Source: Planctomycetales bacterium 4484_123 (GTDB taxonomy: Bacteria > Planctomycetota > Phycisphaerae > SM23-33). From it: a stretch of 27,830 nucleotides of DNA. The DNA is taken from assembly GCA_002049885.1 (NCBI GenBank), contig MVCS01000001.1:1-27830 (forward strand), written 5' to 3'. Shown here piece after piece: positions 17,776-26,713 of this stretch. A program made the translations under genes and the position numbers. Position 1 is the stretch's first letter. Every line of letters starts with the position of its first letter. The notes under the pieces were generated by a model, which searched no databases, was not told where the DNA came from, and worked only from the letters and a program-made list of their open reading frames with translations.

Positions 17776-18615
17776 ATGAAGAAAACCCTGGTAATTCTCA
17801 TGGTGGTCGCTTTTGCCGCCTCGTACGCGGCAGCCGACGTGTCGTTTGCGAGGTTCCGGGCCACGAGGGACAATGGAATCAAGGGCCACCCGGCGGAAGT
17901 GAATGTCAACACGGGGGCCCTGGAGGTGGTCCGCTTCAAGAAGATGACGCAAGAGTCGATCCTGATGGACTTCGACAAGGATGCGATTCTTGCGTGGATG
18001 GATGAGAACCCTCCGCTGGCGGAAGGCTACGTCGTGTATCTGGAGCTGCTGGGCGCGCAGGAGTCTGCGGGCGAGTTTGAGGGCCTTGAGTTCGAGATCC
18101 GCACCTGCGACAGTGCCCTGGACTGGGTCGAGGGCGACGGGCCCTACCCCAATGGGCCAGAAGGGCCAGAGAACTGGGGTGAGTTCAATTGGTCCTCCGG
18201 CGTTGCCGCCACCAACGTCAGCCCGCAGCAGGACCTGGGTGGCAACATGCCCGACAGCTGGGGGCCCAATACCGACGAGCGGTTCTTCGACCACACCTAC
18301 GTCGCCGGCCAGAGCGTGACGTGGCAGACGGTCCAGGAGTATGATCCGGCGTATTTTGCGAGGTGGCAGATGTACTTCATCCCTGCCCTCGCCCGCTTCC
18401 AACTGACCTCGGAGGTGGTCGAAGACCTGTTGACCAACCCCGACAACCGTGGCCTGTGGACGCGGGGTTTCGATTGGGGTAATCATAAGGTCTTTACGAA
18501 GGACTGGGCTGACGGCTCTTACGCACCGGCGTTGGTCGTGTGCGTGCCCGAGCCGGCCTCGCTGGTGCTGCTGGGTCTCGGTGGCCTGGGACTGCTGCTT
18601 CGCAAGAGGCGGTAA
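17776..18615 (+). CDS. PEP-CTERM sorting domain surface protein
   Basis: Signal peptide MKKTLVILMVVAFAASYAAA; C-terminal VPEPASLVLLGLGGLGLLLRKRR; AAGGAGG SD. Confidence 0.92.
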   Translation: MKKTLVILMVVAFAASYAAADVSFARFRATRDNGIKGHPAEVNVNTGALEVVRFKKMTQESILMDFDKDAILAWMDENPPLAEGYVVYLELLGAQESAGEFEGLEFEIRTCDSALDWVEGDGPYPNGPEGPENWGEFNWSSGVAATNVSPQQDLGGNMPDSWGPNTDERFFDHTYVAGQSVTWQTVQEYDPAYFARWQMYFIPALARFQLTSEVVEDLLTNPDNRGLWTRGFDWGNHKVFTKDWADGSYAPALVVCVPEPASLVLLGLGGLGLLLRKRR

Positions 18616-18664
18616 AGCCCTGGCGGCAAAGACGTACCGTACACATACGTACGCCAGTAACCTC

Positions 18665-18701
18665 ACACCTCCGGTGCTGACTGCATCGGAGGTGTCTTTT
18701 T
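18665..18701 (+). terminator. Rho-independent terminator after the PEP-CTERM gene
   Basis: ACACCTCCGGTGC-tgact-GCATCGGAGGTGT (13-bp stem, one G-U pair) followed by CTTTTT. Confidence 0.8.
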
Positions 18702-18724
18702 GCGCAGAGTCAGTTCCCTAGACG

Positions 18725-19765
18725 CTACCGGGTCACGCAGAAGCCCCGCTGCGAGACCTCCGCCTCGATGCGCGGCGGCGGGTCCAGGCGGGCGAACTCG
18801 GCTGGCTGGACGGAGGCCATGCGCCAGGCATCCTCCAGGCTCACGCCGCAGTGGGCGGTGACGTTCAGGATGGCCCTGTCCAGCGTCAGTGCCGAGCCGG
18901 CCAGGTAGGGCGTCCCCGGCAGGCGGACGGCACCGTCGGGGCAGAGCCTGACGGCGTCCTCGCCGCTGCCGTATTCCCCCGGCGGTAGGTCCGCGCAGGA
19001 GACGGCGTCGGTCACCAGAAAACTGCGCTGCACCTCCTTGGCCCGGAGGAAGTTCTTCAACGTGGGGAAGGGTATGTGGTGGCCGTCGGCGATGAAGCCG
19101 GCTACCAGCCTGTCGTCGGCCAACTGGTGCATGATGTAGTTGTCCAGCCTGGGGATCATGGCGTGCGAGCCATTACCCAGGTGGGTACACATGGTCGCCC
19201 CGGCGTCCACGGCCTCGGCGATGACCTCGGCGCTGGCGGCGTGATGACCCAGGGCGACCACCACGCCGGAGGCAGCCGCTGCGGCAATGAACTCCATGGC
19301 CCCGGGCAGCTCCGGTGCCAGGGTGTATATGCGGACCAGCCCCCCGGTGGCCTGCTGGAACTCCTCCAGCAGACCGGGCCGGTCGGCGGGATTGATGATG
19401 TGTTCCCTGGGATGGGCGCCCCGCGGCCCGTCTTCGGCGTTGAGCATGGGGCCCTCGATATGCAGCCCCAGCAGCATCGAGTTGATGAGCTCGTCCTGCC
19501 GCCGCAGCGACGCCAGCCGGGCCGCCCGGGCGAGCATGAGTTCCACCGCATCCGTGCCGACCGTTGGCAGCAGGCCGACCACGCCGCGCCGCCGCATCCG
19601 CTGGAAGCAACGGCGGACGTTCTCGGCGGTCAGCTCTTCCACCGGCCCGTTGAAGCTCAATCCGCCGTAGCCGTCGAGCTGGAGGTCCACCAATCCCGGG
19701 CCGGCCACGGTGGTGACCCGTCCGTGCTGGTTTCTGGTGATTGAGATTTCGTTGGTCGTGTTCAT
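18725..19765 (-). CDS. nagA: N-acetylglucosamine-6-phosphate deacetylase (amidohydrolase)
   Basis: PGLVDLQLDGYGG, GLHIEGP, RGAHP, TLAPE, ALGH, THLGNG, IADGHH, LVTDA, YLAGSALTLD. Start uncertain (19765, 19777 or 19783). Confidence 0.88.
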   Translation of the reverse strand: MNTTNEISITRNQHGRVTTVAGPGLVDLQLDGYGGLSFNGPVEELTAENVRRCFQRMRRRGVVGLLPTVGTDAVELMLARAARLASLRRQDELINSMLLGLHIEGPMLNAEDGPRGAHPREHIINPADRPGLLEEFQQATGGLVRIYTLAPELPGAMEFIAAAAASGVVVALGHHAASAEVIAEAVDAGATMCTHLGNGSHAMIPRLDNYIMHQLADDRLVAGFIADGHHIPFPTLKNFLRAKEVQRSFLVTDAVSCADLPPGEYGSGEDAVRLCPDGAVRLPGTPYLAGSALTLDRAILNVTAHCGVSLEDAWRMASVQPAEFARLDPPPRIEAEVSQRGFCVTR

Positions 19766-19827
19766 GATATTGAACATCCACATCACCCCTGGCCGTGTCA
19801 AGCGGCGGGGGCGTTCCGAGGGTGGGC

Positions 19828-19857
19828 TTGACAGGCCCCCCAGGGCGCTCGAACAAT
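19828..19857 (+). promoter_or_regulatory. sigma70-type promoter immediately before miaA (leaderless candidate)
   Basis: TTGACA-N18-AACAAT, then 6 nt to the ATG; no SD. Confidence 0.5.
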
Positions 19858-19863
19858 CGCCGT

Positions 19864-20790
19864 ATGGTGCGCGTGCACTTCATCCTGGGCTGCACCGCCG
19901 GCGGCAAGGGAGCGGTGGGGCGTGAGCTGGCGCGCAGGACGGGCGGGCACGTTATCAGTGTCGATTCCATGAAGGTCTATCGCCGCATGGACATTGGCAC
20001 GGCCAAGCCCACGCCGGCCCAACGAGCCGAGATACCTCATCACTGCATCGATATCGTCGAGCCCAGCGAGTCGTTCAGTGTCGCCCGGTACCTCCAGTGC
20101 GCCGATCAGGCCATCGCCCGCGTCGCCGCCGGCGGGGCCGTGGTGCTGGCCGTGGGCGGCACGGCCCTGTACATCAAGGCCCTCTCGGAGGGCCTGTTCG
20201 AGGGGCCCGGGGCGGACCCGGCCATCCGCGCCCGGCTGCGGGCCAGGGCCCGAAAAGAGGGGCTGGCGGCCCTGCATGCCGAACTGGGCAGAGTGGACCC
20301 TCACGCCGCTGGCCGCATTCACCCCAACGATGAGAAGAGGATCATCCGCGCGCTGGAGGTCTTCGAGTTGACGGGCAGACCCATCAGCCGGCTCCAGCGG
20401 CAGTGGGACGCCCGCCGGCGGCGCTACGAGTGTGTCTTCATCGGCCTGCGCCGGAGCCGTCAGGACACCAACCGCCGGATCAACGCCCGCGTCAAGCGGA
20501 TGATCGAGATGGGCCTGCGCGAAGAGGTGGCCACGCTGCTGGCCGAACCGAAGGGGCTTTCCCCTCAGGCTGCCCAAGCGCTGGGATATGCGGAGATGAT
20601 CCGCCACCTGCGCGGGCAGTGCAGCCTGGAAGAGGCGGTCGAGCAGATCAAGATCAACACCCGCCAGTTCGCCAAGCAGCAGCGGACATGGTTCCGGCGC
20701 TTCGCCGACGTCCATTGGATCGACGTGGCAGAGGACGACAGCGTCGAGAAGACAGCCGATGCGGCCATGCGATTCGTCCAGGGCTCGTGA
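19864..20790 (+). CDS. miaA: tRNA dimethylallyltransferase
   Basis: ILGCTAGGKG P-loop, ISVDSMKVYRRMDIGTAKP, VGGTALY, IHPNDEKRIIRALEV, TRQFAKQQRTWF. Confidence 0.96.
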   Translation: MVRVHFILGCTAGGKGAVGRELARRTGGHVISVDSMKVYRRMDIGTAKPTPAQRAEIPHHCIDIVEPSESFSVARYLQCADQAIARVAAGGAVVLAVGGTALYIKALSEGLFEGPGADPAIRARLRARARKEGLAALHAELGRVDPHAAGRIHPNDEKRIIRALEVFELTGRPISRLQRQWDARRRRYECVFIGLRRSRQDTNRRINARVKRMIEMGLREEVATLLAEPKGLSPQAAQALGYAEMIRHLRGQCSLEEAVEQIKINTRQFAKQQRTWFRRFADVHWIDVAEDDSVEKTADAAMRFVQGS

Positions 20791-20913
20791 GCCAGGCGGG
20801 CCTGGCCGACCGTCGGTGCGGCCCGTCGGGGGAGGGGCTCCGGCGGCGCGGGCGGGGAGGCAGGTCGTTTCACATGTGCAAGCCGGCCCGTCCCGGCCGT
20901 AAAATGGTTGCCG

Positions 20914-21597
20914 ATGGGCGTCGAGTTCAGGATTGTCAATATCGGGACGTTGTCGTCGAATCCGTTTTGGAACGAGGCGCCTGGGGTGCGCACGGCCCAC
21001 GCGACGACCACGCTTGTGCGGGATGGAGACAGGCGGATTCTGGTGGACCCTTCCCTGCCGCCGGCGACACTGGCGGCCCGCCTGTACGAGCGTTCGGGCC
21101 TGAGCCCCGAGGACATCACGGATGTCTTCTGCACGACCCTGCGGGCCACGCACCGGTGGGGCATAGCGGCGTTCGGCTCGGCCCGCTGGCTGTGTCATGA
21201 GCCGGAGCTGCAAGCCGCCCGTGGGCATCTGGAGGCACTGGACGATTCTGCCCGACGGATCGAGAAGGACTTCGTGGAGGACATCCAGGCCGAACTGAAG
21301 CTGCTGGAGCGTTTTCAGCCGGCCCCGGACAAGCTTACGGCGGGGGTGCACTTGTATCCACTGCCAGGCCCGTCGGCCGGCTCGGCGGGGCTGCTGCTGG
21401 CCACGCCCACCCAGACGATCATGGTCGCCGGCGATGCCGCGGTCACCTCCGAGCACGTGGAGGCCGGACGCGTCTGGGGGGGCTGTGCCGACGTCGAGGC
21501 CGCCATGGAGAGCCTTCAGGAAATCGTTGAAATCGCCGACATCATCGTCTGCGGGCACGACAACGTCATGCTTTCTCCCACTCGCTGGATGAGGTAG
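20914..21597 (+). CDS. Metallo-beta-lactamase-fold protein with a degenerate metal motif
   Basis: TTTLVRDGDRRILVDPS, PEDITDVFCT, VAGDA, IVCGHDN; the HxHxDH position reads TTLRATH. Confidence 0.75.
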   Translation: MGVEFRIVNIGTLSSNPFWNEAPGVRTAHATTTLVRDGDRRILVDPSLPPATLAARLYERSGLSPEDITDVFCTTLRATHRWGIAAFGSARWLCHEPELQAARGHLEALDDSARRIEKDFVEDIQAELKLLERFQPAPDKLTAGVHLYPLPGPSAGSAGLLLATPTQTIMVAGDAAVTSEHVEAGRVWGGCADVEAAMESLQEIVEIADIIVCGHDNVMLSPTRWMR

Positions 21598-21620
21598 GGA
21601 CCACCCAGGGGTCCAGGCGG

Positions 21621-22913
21621 ATGGCGGCTGCGGTGACAATCGGTGAGTTCCTCGCCCGGGAGGTCCCGCACCTGGCTGTCCTGGTGGTGCTGCTGGCGGC
21701 CGGGGCGTTCTTCAGTGGGGCCGAGACTGCCCTGTTCAGTCTCTCCCGGGGCGAGCTGTTCAACTTGGCCCGGGACGACCGCAGGCTGAGCCGGCTGGCG
21801 GCGTCCATCATGGGCCAGCCCGACAATGTGCTCACCACCGTCCTGCTGGGCACCAATGTCATTCACATCATTTACTTCGTGTTTTCCACCTTGTTGGTCG
21901 TGCGGGCCCAGCGGGCGGTCGCAGGCGGGGATTTCTGGGCCTCGGCCCTGGCGCTGGGCTCGCTGTTGGCCATGATCATATTCTCGGAGATCCTGCCCAA
22001 GACGGTGGCCTTCCTGATGCCGGTGCGGCTGGCCCCCTCGGCGGCGGCGGTCTTGGCGCCGTTGGGCCGGCTGGTCCGGCCCGTTCACCGCTTCCTGATG
22101 GCCGGGGTGGTCAATCCCCTCACGCGGCTGCTGGCACCATCGAGAGACGCCGACGGGCAGCTTACCTCTGAAGAGATGGCCGCCCTGCTGGCCTTGTCGC
22201 AGAAGCGGGGCTTGATCGGCCAGGATGAGGCCGAGCTGCTGCAAGAGGTGCTGGAGCTGACCCGGCTGCGGGCCGGGGACATCATGGTCCCGCGCGTGGA
22301 CGTTGTGGCCTACGAGGCCGACGGCCCGCCTGGCGGGCTCGTGGATCTGATGCGAACTACCGGGGTCACCAAGGTGCCGGTCTTCGAGGGAGACCTGGAC
22401 CATGTGATCGGCGTGGTGTACGCCAAGCGCCTGCTGGCCGAGCCGGGCAAGACCGTTCGGGAGCTGCTGGCGCCGGTGCAGTTCGTTCCCGAATCGGCCC
22501 CGCTGGAGCGCGTGCTGATCCACTTCCGCAGCACGCGGAGCCAACTGGCAATCGTGGTGGACGAGTATGGCGGGATGGCGGGGCTGGTGACGCTGGAGGA
22601 CATCCTGGAGGAGGTGGTGGGCGACATTGCCGACGCTCGCGAGCCTCGCCGGGCCCCGCCGGTGCAGCGCGTGGGGCCGGCGGAGTGGCTGGTGGACGGC
22701 GACCTGGCCATCCACGAGTGGGCGGACGCCTTTCCCACCGACCTCCGCGGGGCCCGCTTCAGTACCGTCGGTGGGTTCGTCGTCTCGCTGTTGGGCCAGA
22801 TCCCGCAGGTGGGCCAGACGGCCCGTTACCGCAACGTGACCTTCATCGTCGAGGCCGTCCGAGGCCGGCGCATCGCCACCCTCCGCGTTCGCCTGGAGGA
22901 GGGCGAGCCATGA
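21621..22913 (+). CDS. CNNM/hemolysin-family protein (DUF21 + 2 CBS + CorC_HlyC)
   Basis: FFSGAETALFSL, LLGTN, FSEILPK, IMVPRVD, VVDEYGGMAGLVTLEDILEEVVG, C-terminal WLVDG...TVGGFV. Confidence 0.92.
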   Translation: MAAAVTIGEFLAREVPHLAVLVVLLAAGAFFSGAETALFSLSRGELFNLARDDRRLSRLAASIMGQPDNVLTTVLLGTNVIHIIYFVFSTLLVVRAQRAVAGGDFWASALALGSLLAMIIFSEILPKTVAFLMPVRLAPSAAAVLAPLGRLVRPVHRFLMAGVVNPLTRLLAPSRDADGQLTSEEMAALLALSQKRGLIGQDEAELLQEVLELTRLRAGDIMVPRVDVVAYEADGPPGGLVDLMRTTGVTKVPVFEGDLDHVIGVVYAKRLLAEPGKTVRELLAPVQFVPESAPLERVLIHFRSTRSQLAIVVDEYGGMAGLVTLEDILEEVVGDIADAREPRRAPPVQRVGPAEWLVDGDLAIHEWADAFPTDLRGARFSTVGGFVVSLLGQIPQVGQTARYRNVTFIVEAVRGRRIATLRVRLEEGEP

Positions 22914-23905
22914 TGGCCGTGGCGGCACAGTCCCTGGCCGGGTGGGCCGCGCTGCTGGTGGGCGTGGGCTTGTCGTTCCTGTACAGCGGGGTGGAGACCG
23001 GCATCTACACCGTCAACAAGATTCGCCTGGACCTGCGCGCCGAGGCGGGCCTGCGCCCGGCACGCAGGCTGCTGGGGCTCCTGCGCGATCCCAGCCGGCC
23101 ACTGGTGGTGTTGCTGATCGGCAACAATCTGGCCAACTATCTGGCCTCGGCCGGGCTGGTGCTGGTCCTCACCGCCCGGGGAATGGCCCACGCGGAGTGG
23201 TATTCGGTGGCCATCCTCACGCCCCTGGTCTTCACCTTCTGCGAACTGCTGCCCAAGAATCTCTTCCGCCGTCACGGCGAGACGCTGACGTACTTCTTCG
23301 GCTGGTTCCTGGAGCTGTGGCTTTGGGTCTTCACGGTGACGGGCCTGGTGGGTTTGGTCAGGGCGCTGGTGTGGGTGACGTTGAAGCTGGCGGGCCGGCA
23401 CGTTTCGGGGGCCGGAGGGCCCTTCGGCTCGGAGCACCTGGCCACCGTGCTGGCCGAAGGACAGGCCAGCGGGGCCATCAGCGGGACCCAGTCGCGTATC
23501 GCCGAGCGCGTGGTCAACATCTCGCGGGTTCACGTTGGCGACGTGATGGTGCCGCTGGGCCGGGCCGCCATGGTCGAGCGGCACGCCACCGTCGAGGAAG
23601 TCAGAGAGGCGCTGCGCGCCAGCGGGCATCCCCGGCTGGGGGTGTACTCGGGGCGGCGAGAGAACCTCATCGGCGTGCTGAACGCCTACGACGTGCTGCT
23701 GGACGAGAGCGGCTCAGCCCCATCGACTCACATCGTCCCGCCGCTGGAGCTCCGCGAGCATACCGGCATCATCGAGGCCCTGGTGACCATGCAGGCCCAG
23801 CGGAAGAACATCGCCTTCGTCTTCTCCGACGACCACAGGTGCCTGGGGCTCCTGACCGTCAAGGACCTGGTCGAGGAGATCGTCGGCGACCTGGAGGAGT
23901 GGTGA
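22910..23905 (+). CDS. CNNM domain protein (DUF21 + CBS), no CorC_HlyC domain
   Basis: SFLYSGVETG, LLIGNNLAN, FCELLPK, VMVPL, LTVKDLVEEIVG; ATGA overlap with the upstream gene. Confidence 0.88.
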   Translation: MMAVAAQSLAGWAALLVGVGLSFLYSGVETGIYTVNKIRLDLRAEAGLRPARRLLGLLRDPSRPLVVLLIGNNLANYLASAGLVLVLTARGMAHAEWYSVAILTPLVFTFCELLPKNLFRRHGETLTYFFGWFLELWLWVFTVTGLVGLVRALVWVTLKLAGRHVSGAGGPFGSEHLATVLAEGQASGAISGTQSRIAERVVNISRVHVGDVMVPLGRAAMVERHATVEEVREALRASGHPRLGVYSGRRENLIGVLNAYDVLLDESGSAPSTHIVPPLELREHTGIIEALVTMQAQRKNIAFVFSDDHRCLGLLTVKDLVEEIVGDLEEW

Positions 23906-25361
23906 CCGCCGCGGGCCTGGCCGGGCCTCGGGCATCGACGGCCCGGACGAGGAGCCGGCAGATCCGGTCTTCCATGACCTTGGCCGACAGACCCCCGCCG
24001 TAGGTCCGGCCATTGGTCAGGACGCTGAAGGTCAGGGCGGGCCTGCCGGCGCGGTCCAACACGTAGCCGCTCAGGGCGCTGATGCCCGCCAGCGAACCGG
24101 TCTTGGCCAGGACCCGGCCCCGGCATGGGCCGCGCAGCCTGCGCCGCATGGAGCCGTCCGTCCCGGCGACGGCCAGGGAGCGCACAAAGGTGGGCTCCTT
24201 CACCAGCGCCCGCAGCAGCCGGGTGAGCACTGCGGGGCTGGCGCGGTTCTTTCGACTCAGCCCCGAGCCGTCGGAGACGCTGAACTGCCCGCCGTCCAGG
24301 CCGTAGTCCTCGATCAGCACGGTGCGGGCGAGCCTGGCCGCCCGCTGCCAACTTGCCGCCCGTCCTTCCCCGGCCGCGGAGCGGAGAAGAATGCACTCGG
24401 CCATCATGTTGAGACTGTCCTTCTCGGCCCGCCGCAGGGCGTCTGCCAGCGGCGTCCTTTCTTCGGCGATGAGCCGCACCGGGCCGACGGGCCGAGTGGC
24501 GCCCACCACGATTCGCCCGGCCAGGCCGATGCCCGCTCGGGCCAGCCTGTCGGCCAGGACGCAGCCGAAGAGTGCCGGCGGGTCGGGCACGGCCACAGGC
24601 AGGGCGTCGGGCGTGGTCCTCCTGACCGTCCCGGTCAGCGTCACCGACGTTCCGGCCTGGTCGAAGCGGCAGTGCCACAAGTGCCGTCGGCCGACCTTGA
24701 CCTTGTTGTCAACCAGGATGTATCGGCTGAGAGGTCGGATGACCGCCCGCGCCCGCCCGTGGGCCACCACGAAGCGAATGTCCATGCAGTTGTCGTTGAA
24801 GTTCACCCCTGCCACGGGTGCGGCGTACCAGCGCTGGAGCTGCCGGGTCGGCCAGTCGGGGTGCACGAATGGGCCCTGGAAGATGCTGGCATCGATGAGG
24901 AGGTTGCCCTTGATGCGGCGGACGCCGGCGCGCTTCAGGGCGGCCGCCCATCGGTCCATCGCCGCGTAGATGGTCTCGTTGCGGGCTGAGGCCAGGCGCG
25001 CATCGCCCGTGGTCGGGTCGCCGTCACCGCGGACAACCAGGTCCCTGCCAGCCAGGGTGATGGTGGTGCGGAAGTGGAAGTCGGGCCCCAGGCGCTTCAG
25101 GGCCACCGCGGCCGTCAGGATCTTCTGGTTGGAGGCCGGCGACAAGGGGCGAGCGGACTGGATGTCGCACAGCACGCTGCCGTCGGTCAGGTCGATCACG
25201 TGCACGCCGACGGCCGAGCCCGTCTCGGCCCGGAAGCGGCCCACCAGCGCGGCGATCCGCGCGGAGATCGAGGCGGGCCGGGATGACGGCTCATCGGCCC
25301 GGCCCGGCGCGCAAGTGGCCCAACTCAGCAGGAATGTCAGGACGACTCGGACGACGTCCAT
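23859..25361 (-). CDS. dacB: D-alanyl-D-alanine carboxypeptidase/endopeptidase (PBP4, peptidase S13)
   Basis: Signal-like N-terminus; SxxK (PASNQK), SxN (DSLN), DGSGLSR, GTDGS and KTG (AKTGSL) motifs are all intact. ATG at 25361. Confidence 0.92.
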   Translation of the reverse strand: MDVVRVVLTFLLSWATCAPGRADEPSSRPASISARIAALVGRFRAETGSAVGVHVIDLTDGSVLCDIQSARPLSPASNQKILTAAVALKRLGPDFHFRTTITLAGRDLVVRGDGDPTTGDARLASARNETIYAAMDRWAAALKRAGVRRIKGNLLIDASIFQGPFVHPDWPTRQLQRWYAAPVAGVNFNDNCMDIRFVVAHGRARAVIRPLSRYILVDNKVKVGRRHLWHCRFDQAGTSVTLTGTVRRTTPDALPVAVPDPPALFGCVLADRLARAGIGLAGRIVVGATRPVGPVRLIAEERTPLADALRRAEKDSLNMMAECILLRSAAGEGRAASWQRAARLARTVLIEDYGLDGGQFSVSDGSGLSRKNRASPAVLTRLLRALVKEPTFVRSLAVAGTDGSMRRRLRGPCRGRVLAKTGSLAGISALSGYVLDRAGRPALTFSVLTNGRTYGGGLSAKVMEDRICRLLVRAVDARGPARPAAVTTPPGRRRSPRPGP

Positions 25362-25423
25362 CGCAGGTTCCGGTCGGTTGTCGGGTCCATCCTGCCCTGG
25401 CGGGCTGCTGCTGCCGGGCTGGC

Positions 25424-26530
25424 TCAGACGGGCTCGTCGCCGAAGCTGGTGCCGACGGCCCGGGCGGCTCGGAGGAGGGGCTCGTCGAGCGGCACGGTCT
25501 TTATCTTGCCCGCGATTCGCTCGATGGGCACGGAGGATACCTTGCCTTCCTTGAAGACCACCAGCTCGCCGAAGCGCCCTGCCGCCGCCAGCTCCACCGC
25601 GTGATGGGCCAGCACCGTGGCCAGCACGCGGTCGAACGGCGTGGGTGTCCCGCCGCGCTGGACGTGACCGAGGACGATGGAACGGCTCTCCAGGCCGCAG
25701 CGTTTTTCCACCTCCTCGGCGACGTACCGTCCCACGCCGCCCAGGCGGATTGGGTCGGGCGAGGTCTCGTCCACGTGGTCCACGATCATCTCCTCGCCGA
25801 CGGGATGGGCGCCCTCGCCGGCGGCGATGAGGGTGAAGCGCTTGCCGTGCCTGGAACGGTGAAGGCACTTGTCGATGACGGCTTCCATCCTGAAGGGGAT
25901 CTCCGGGATGAGGATCACGTCCGCGCCGGATGCCACGCCTGCCCGCAGCGCCAGCCAGCCGGCGTATCGTCCCATGACCTCCACCACCATGACCCGGTGG
26001 TGGCTGGAGGCGGTGGTATGGACCTTGTCCAGGGCCTCGGTGGCGGTGGCTACCGCGGTGTCGTGCCCGAAGGTCACGTCGGTCTCGGGCAGGTCGTTGT
26101 CGATGGTCTTGGGCACGCCCACGATGTTCAGGCCATGACGGATCAGGTGGTGCGCGCCGGCCATGGTGCCGTCGCCGCCGATGACGATCAGGGCCTCCAG
26201 GCCGCGGCCCCGGCAGTGCTCGATGACCTCCTCGGTCACATCGCGCTTGACCCACCGGCCGGCCTCGCGCACGGCGTACTCGGCGGGGTTGGCCTTGTTG
26301 CACGCCCCCAGGATGGTCCCGCCGACGGTCAGGATGTTCGAGACCTCCTGCGGTTCCAGGGCGTGCATGCGGTCCTGGATCAATCCCAGGTAGCCGTCCT
26401 CGATGCCGACCACCTCCATGCCGTACTCGAAGATGCCGGTCTTGACCACGGCCCGGATGACCGCGTTCAGGCCGGGGCAGTCGCCCCCGCCGGTCAAGAC
26501 CCCGATGCGGGTGACGTTGGTTTTCTGCAT
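25424..26530 (-). CDS. pfkA: 6-phosphofructokinase (group III / mixed-substrate type)
   Basis: IGVLTGGGDCPGLNA, GGDGT, PKTIDND, EVMGRYAG, LGHVQRGG. Confidence 0.93.
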   Translation of the reverse strand: MQKTNVTRIGVLTGGGDCPGLNAVIRAVVKTGIFEYGMEVVGIEDGYLGLIQDRMHALEPQEVSNILTVGGTILGACNKANPAEYAVREAGRWVKRDVTEEVIEHCRGRGLEALIVIGGDGTMAGAHHLIRHGLNIVGVPKTIDNDLPETDVTFGHDTAVATATEALDKVHTTASSHHRVMVVEVMGRYAGWLALRAGVASGADVILIPEIPFRMEAVIDKCLHRSRHGKRFTLIAAGEGAHPVGEEMIVDHVDETSPDPIRLGGVGRYVAEEVEKRCGLESRSIVLGHVQRGGTPTPFDRVLATVLAHHAVELAAAGRFGELVVFKEGKVSSVPIERIAGKIKTVPLDEPLLRAARAVGTSFGDEPV

Positions 26531-26713
26531 TGCCGTGCTCCTGCCGTGCCTCCGCGGCGGCGGCTCGGCCGCCTGGGTGGCTACCTTTTACCGCATCGGC
26601 TGGACGTTTGCACGGTCTGGGCCGCGGGGTCCGAAATATCGGCTCGGCCCTGGCAGCGGGGCAAGGCGGCGGTTACAATGGGGCCACTCAGGTGGCCAGA
26701 TAAGGCACTTCTG

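Noticed and set aside
19700-19801. Short N-terminus of nagA as another truncation
   Set aside because: All catalytic motifs are present, in-frame ATGs exist, and short N-termini occur naturally in this family.
25362-26303. 314-codon in-frame extension of dacB overlapping pfkA, suggesting a possible pfkA-dacB frameshift fusion
   Set aside because: The extension is low-complexity off-frame text. pfkA has its own stop and dacB has its own signal-like N-terminus at 25361.
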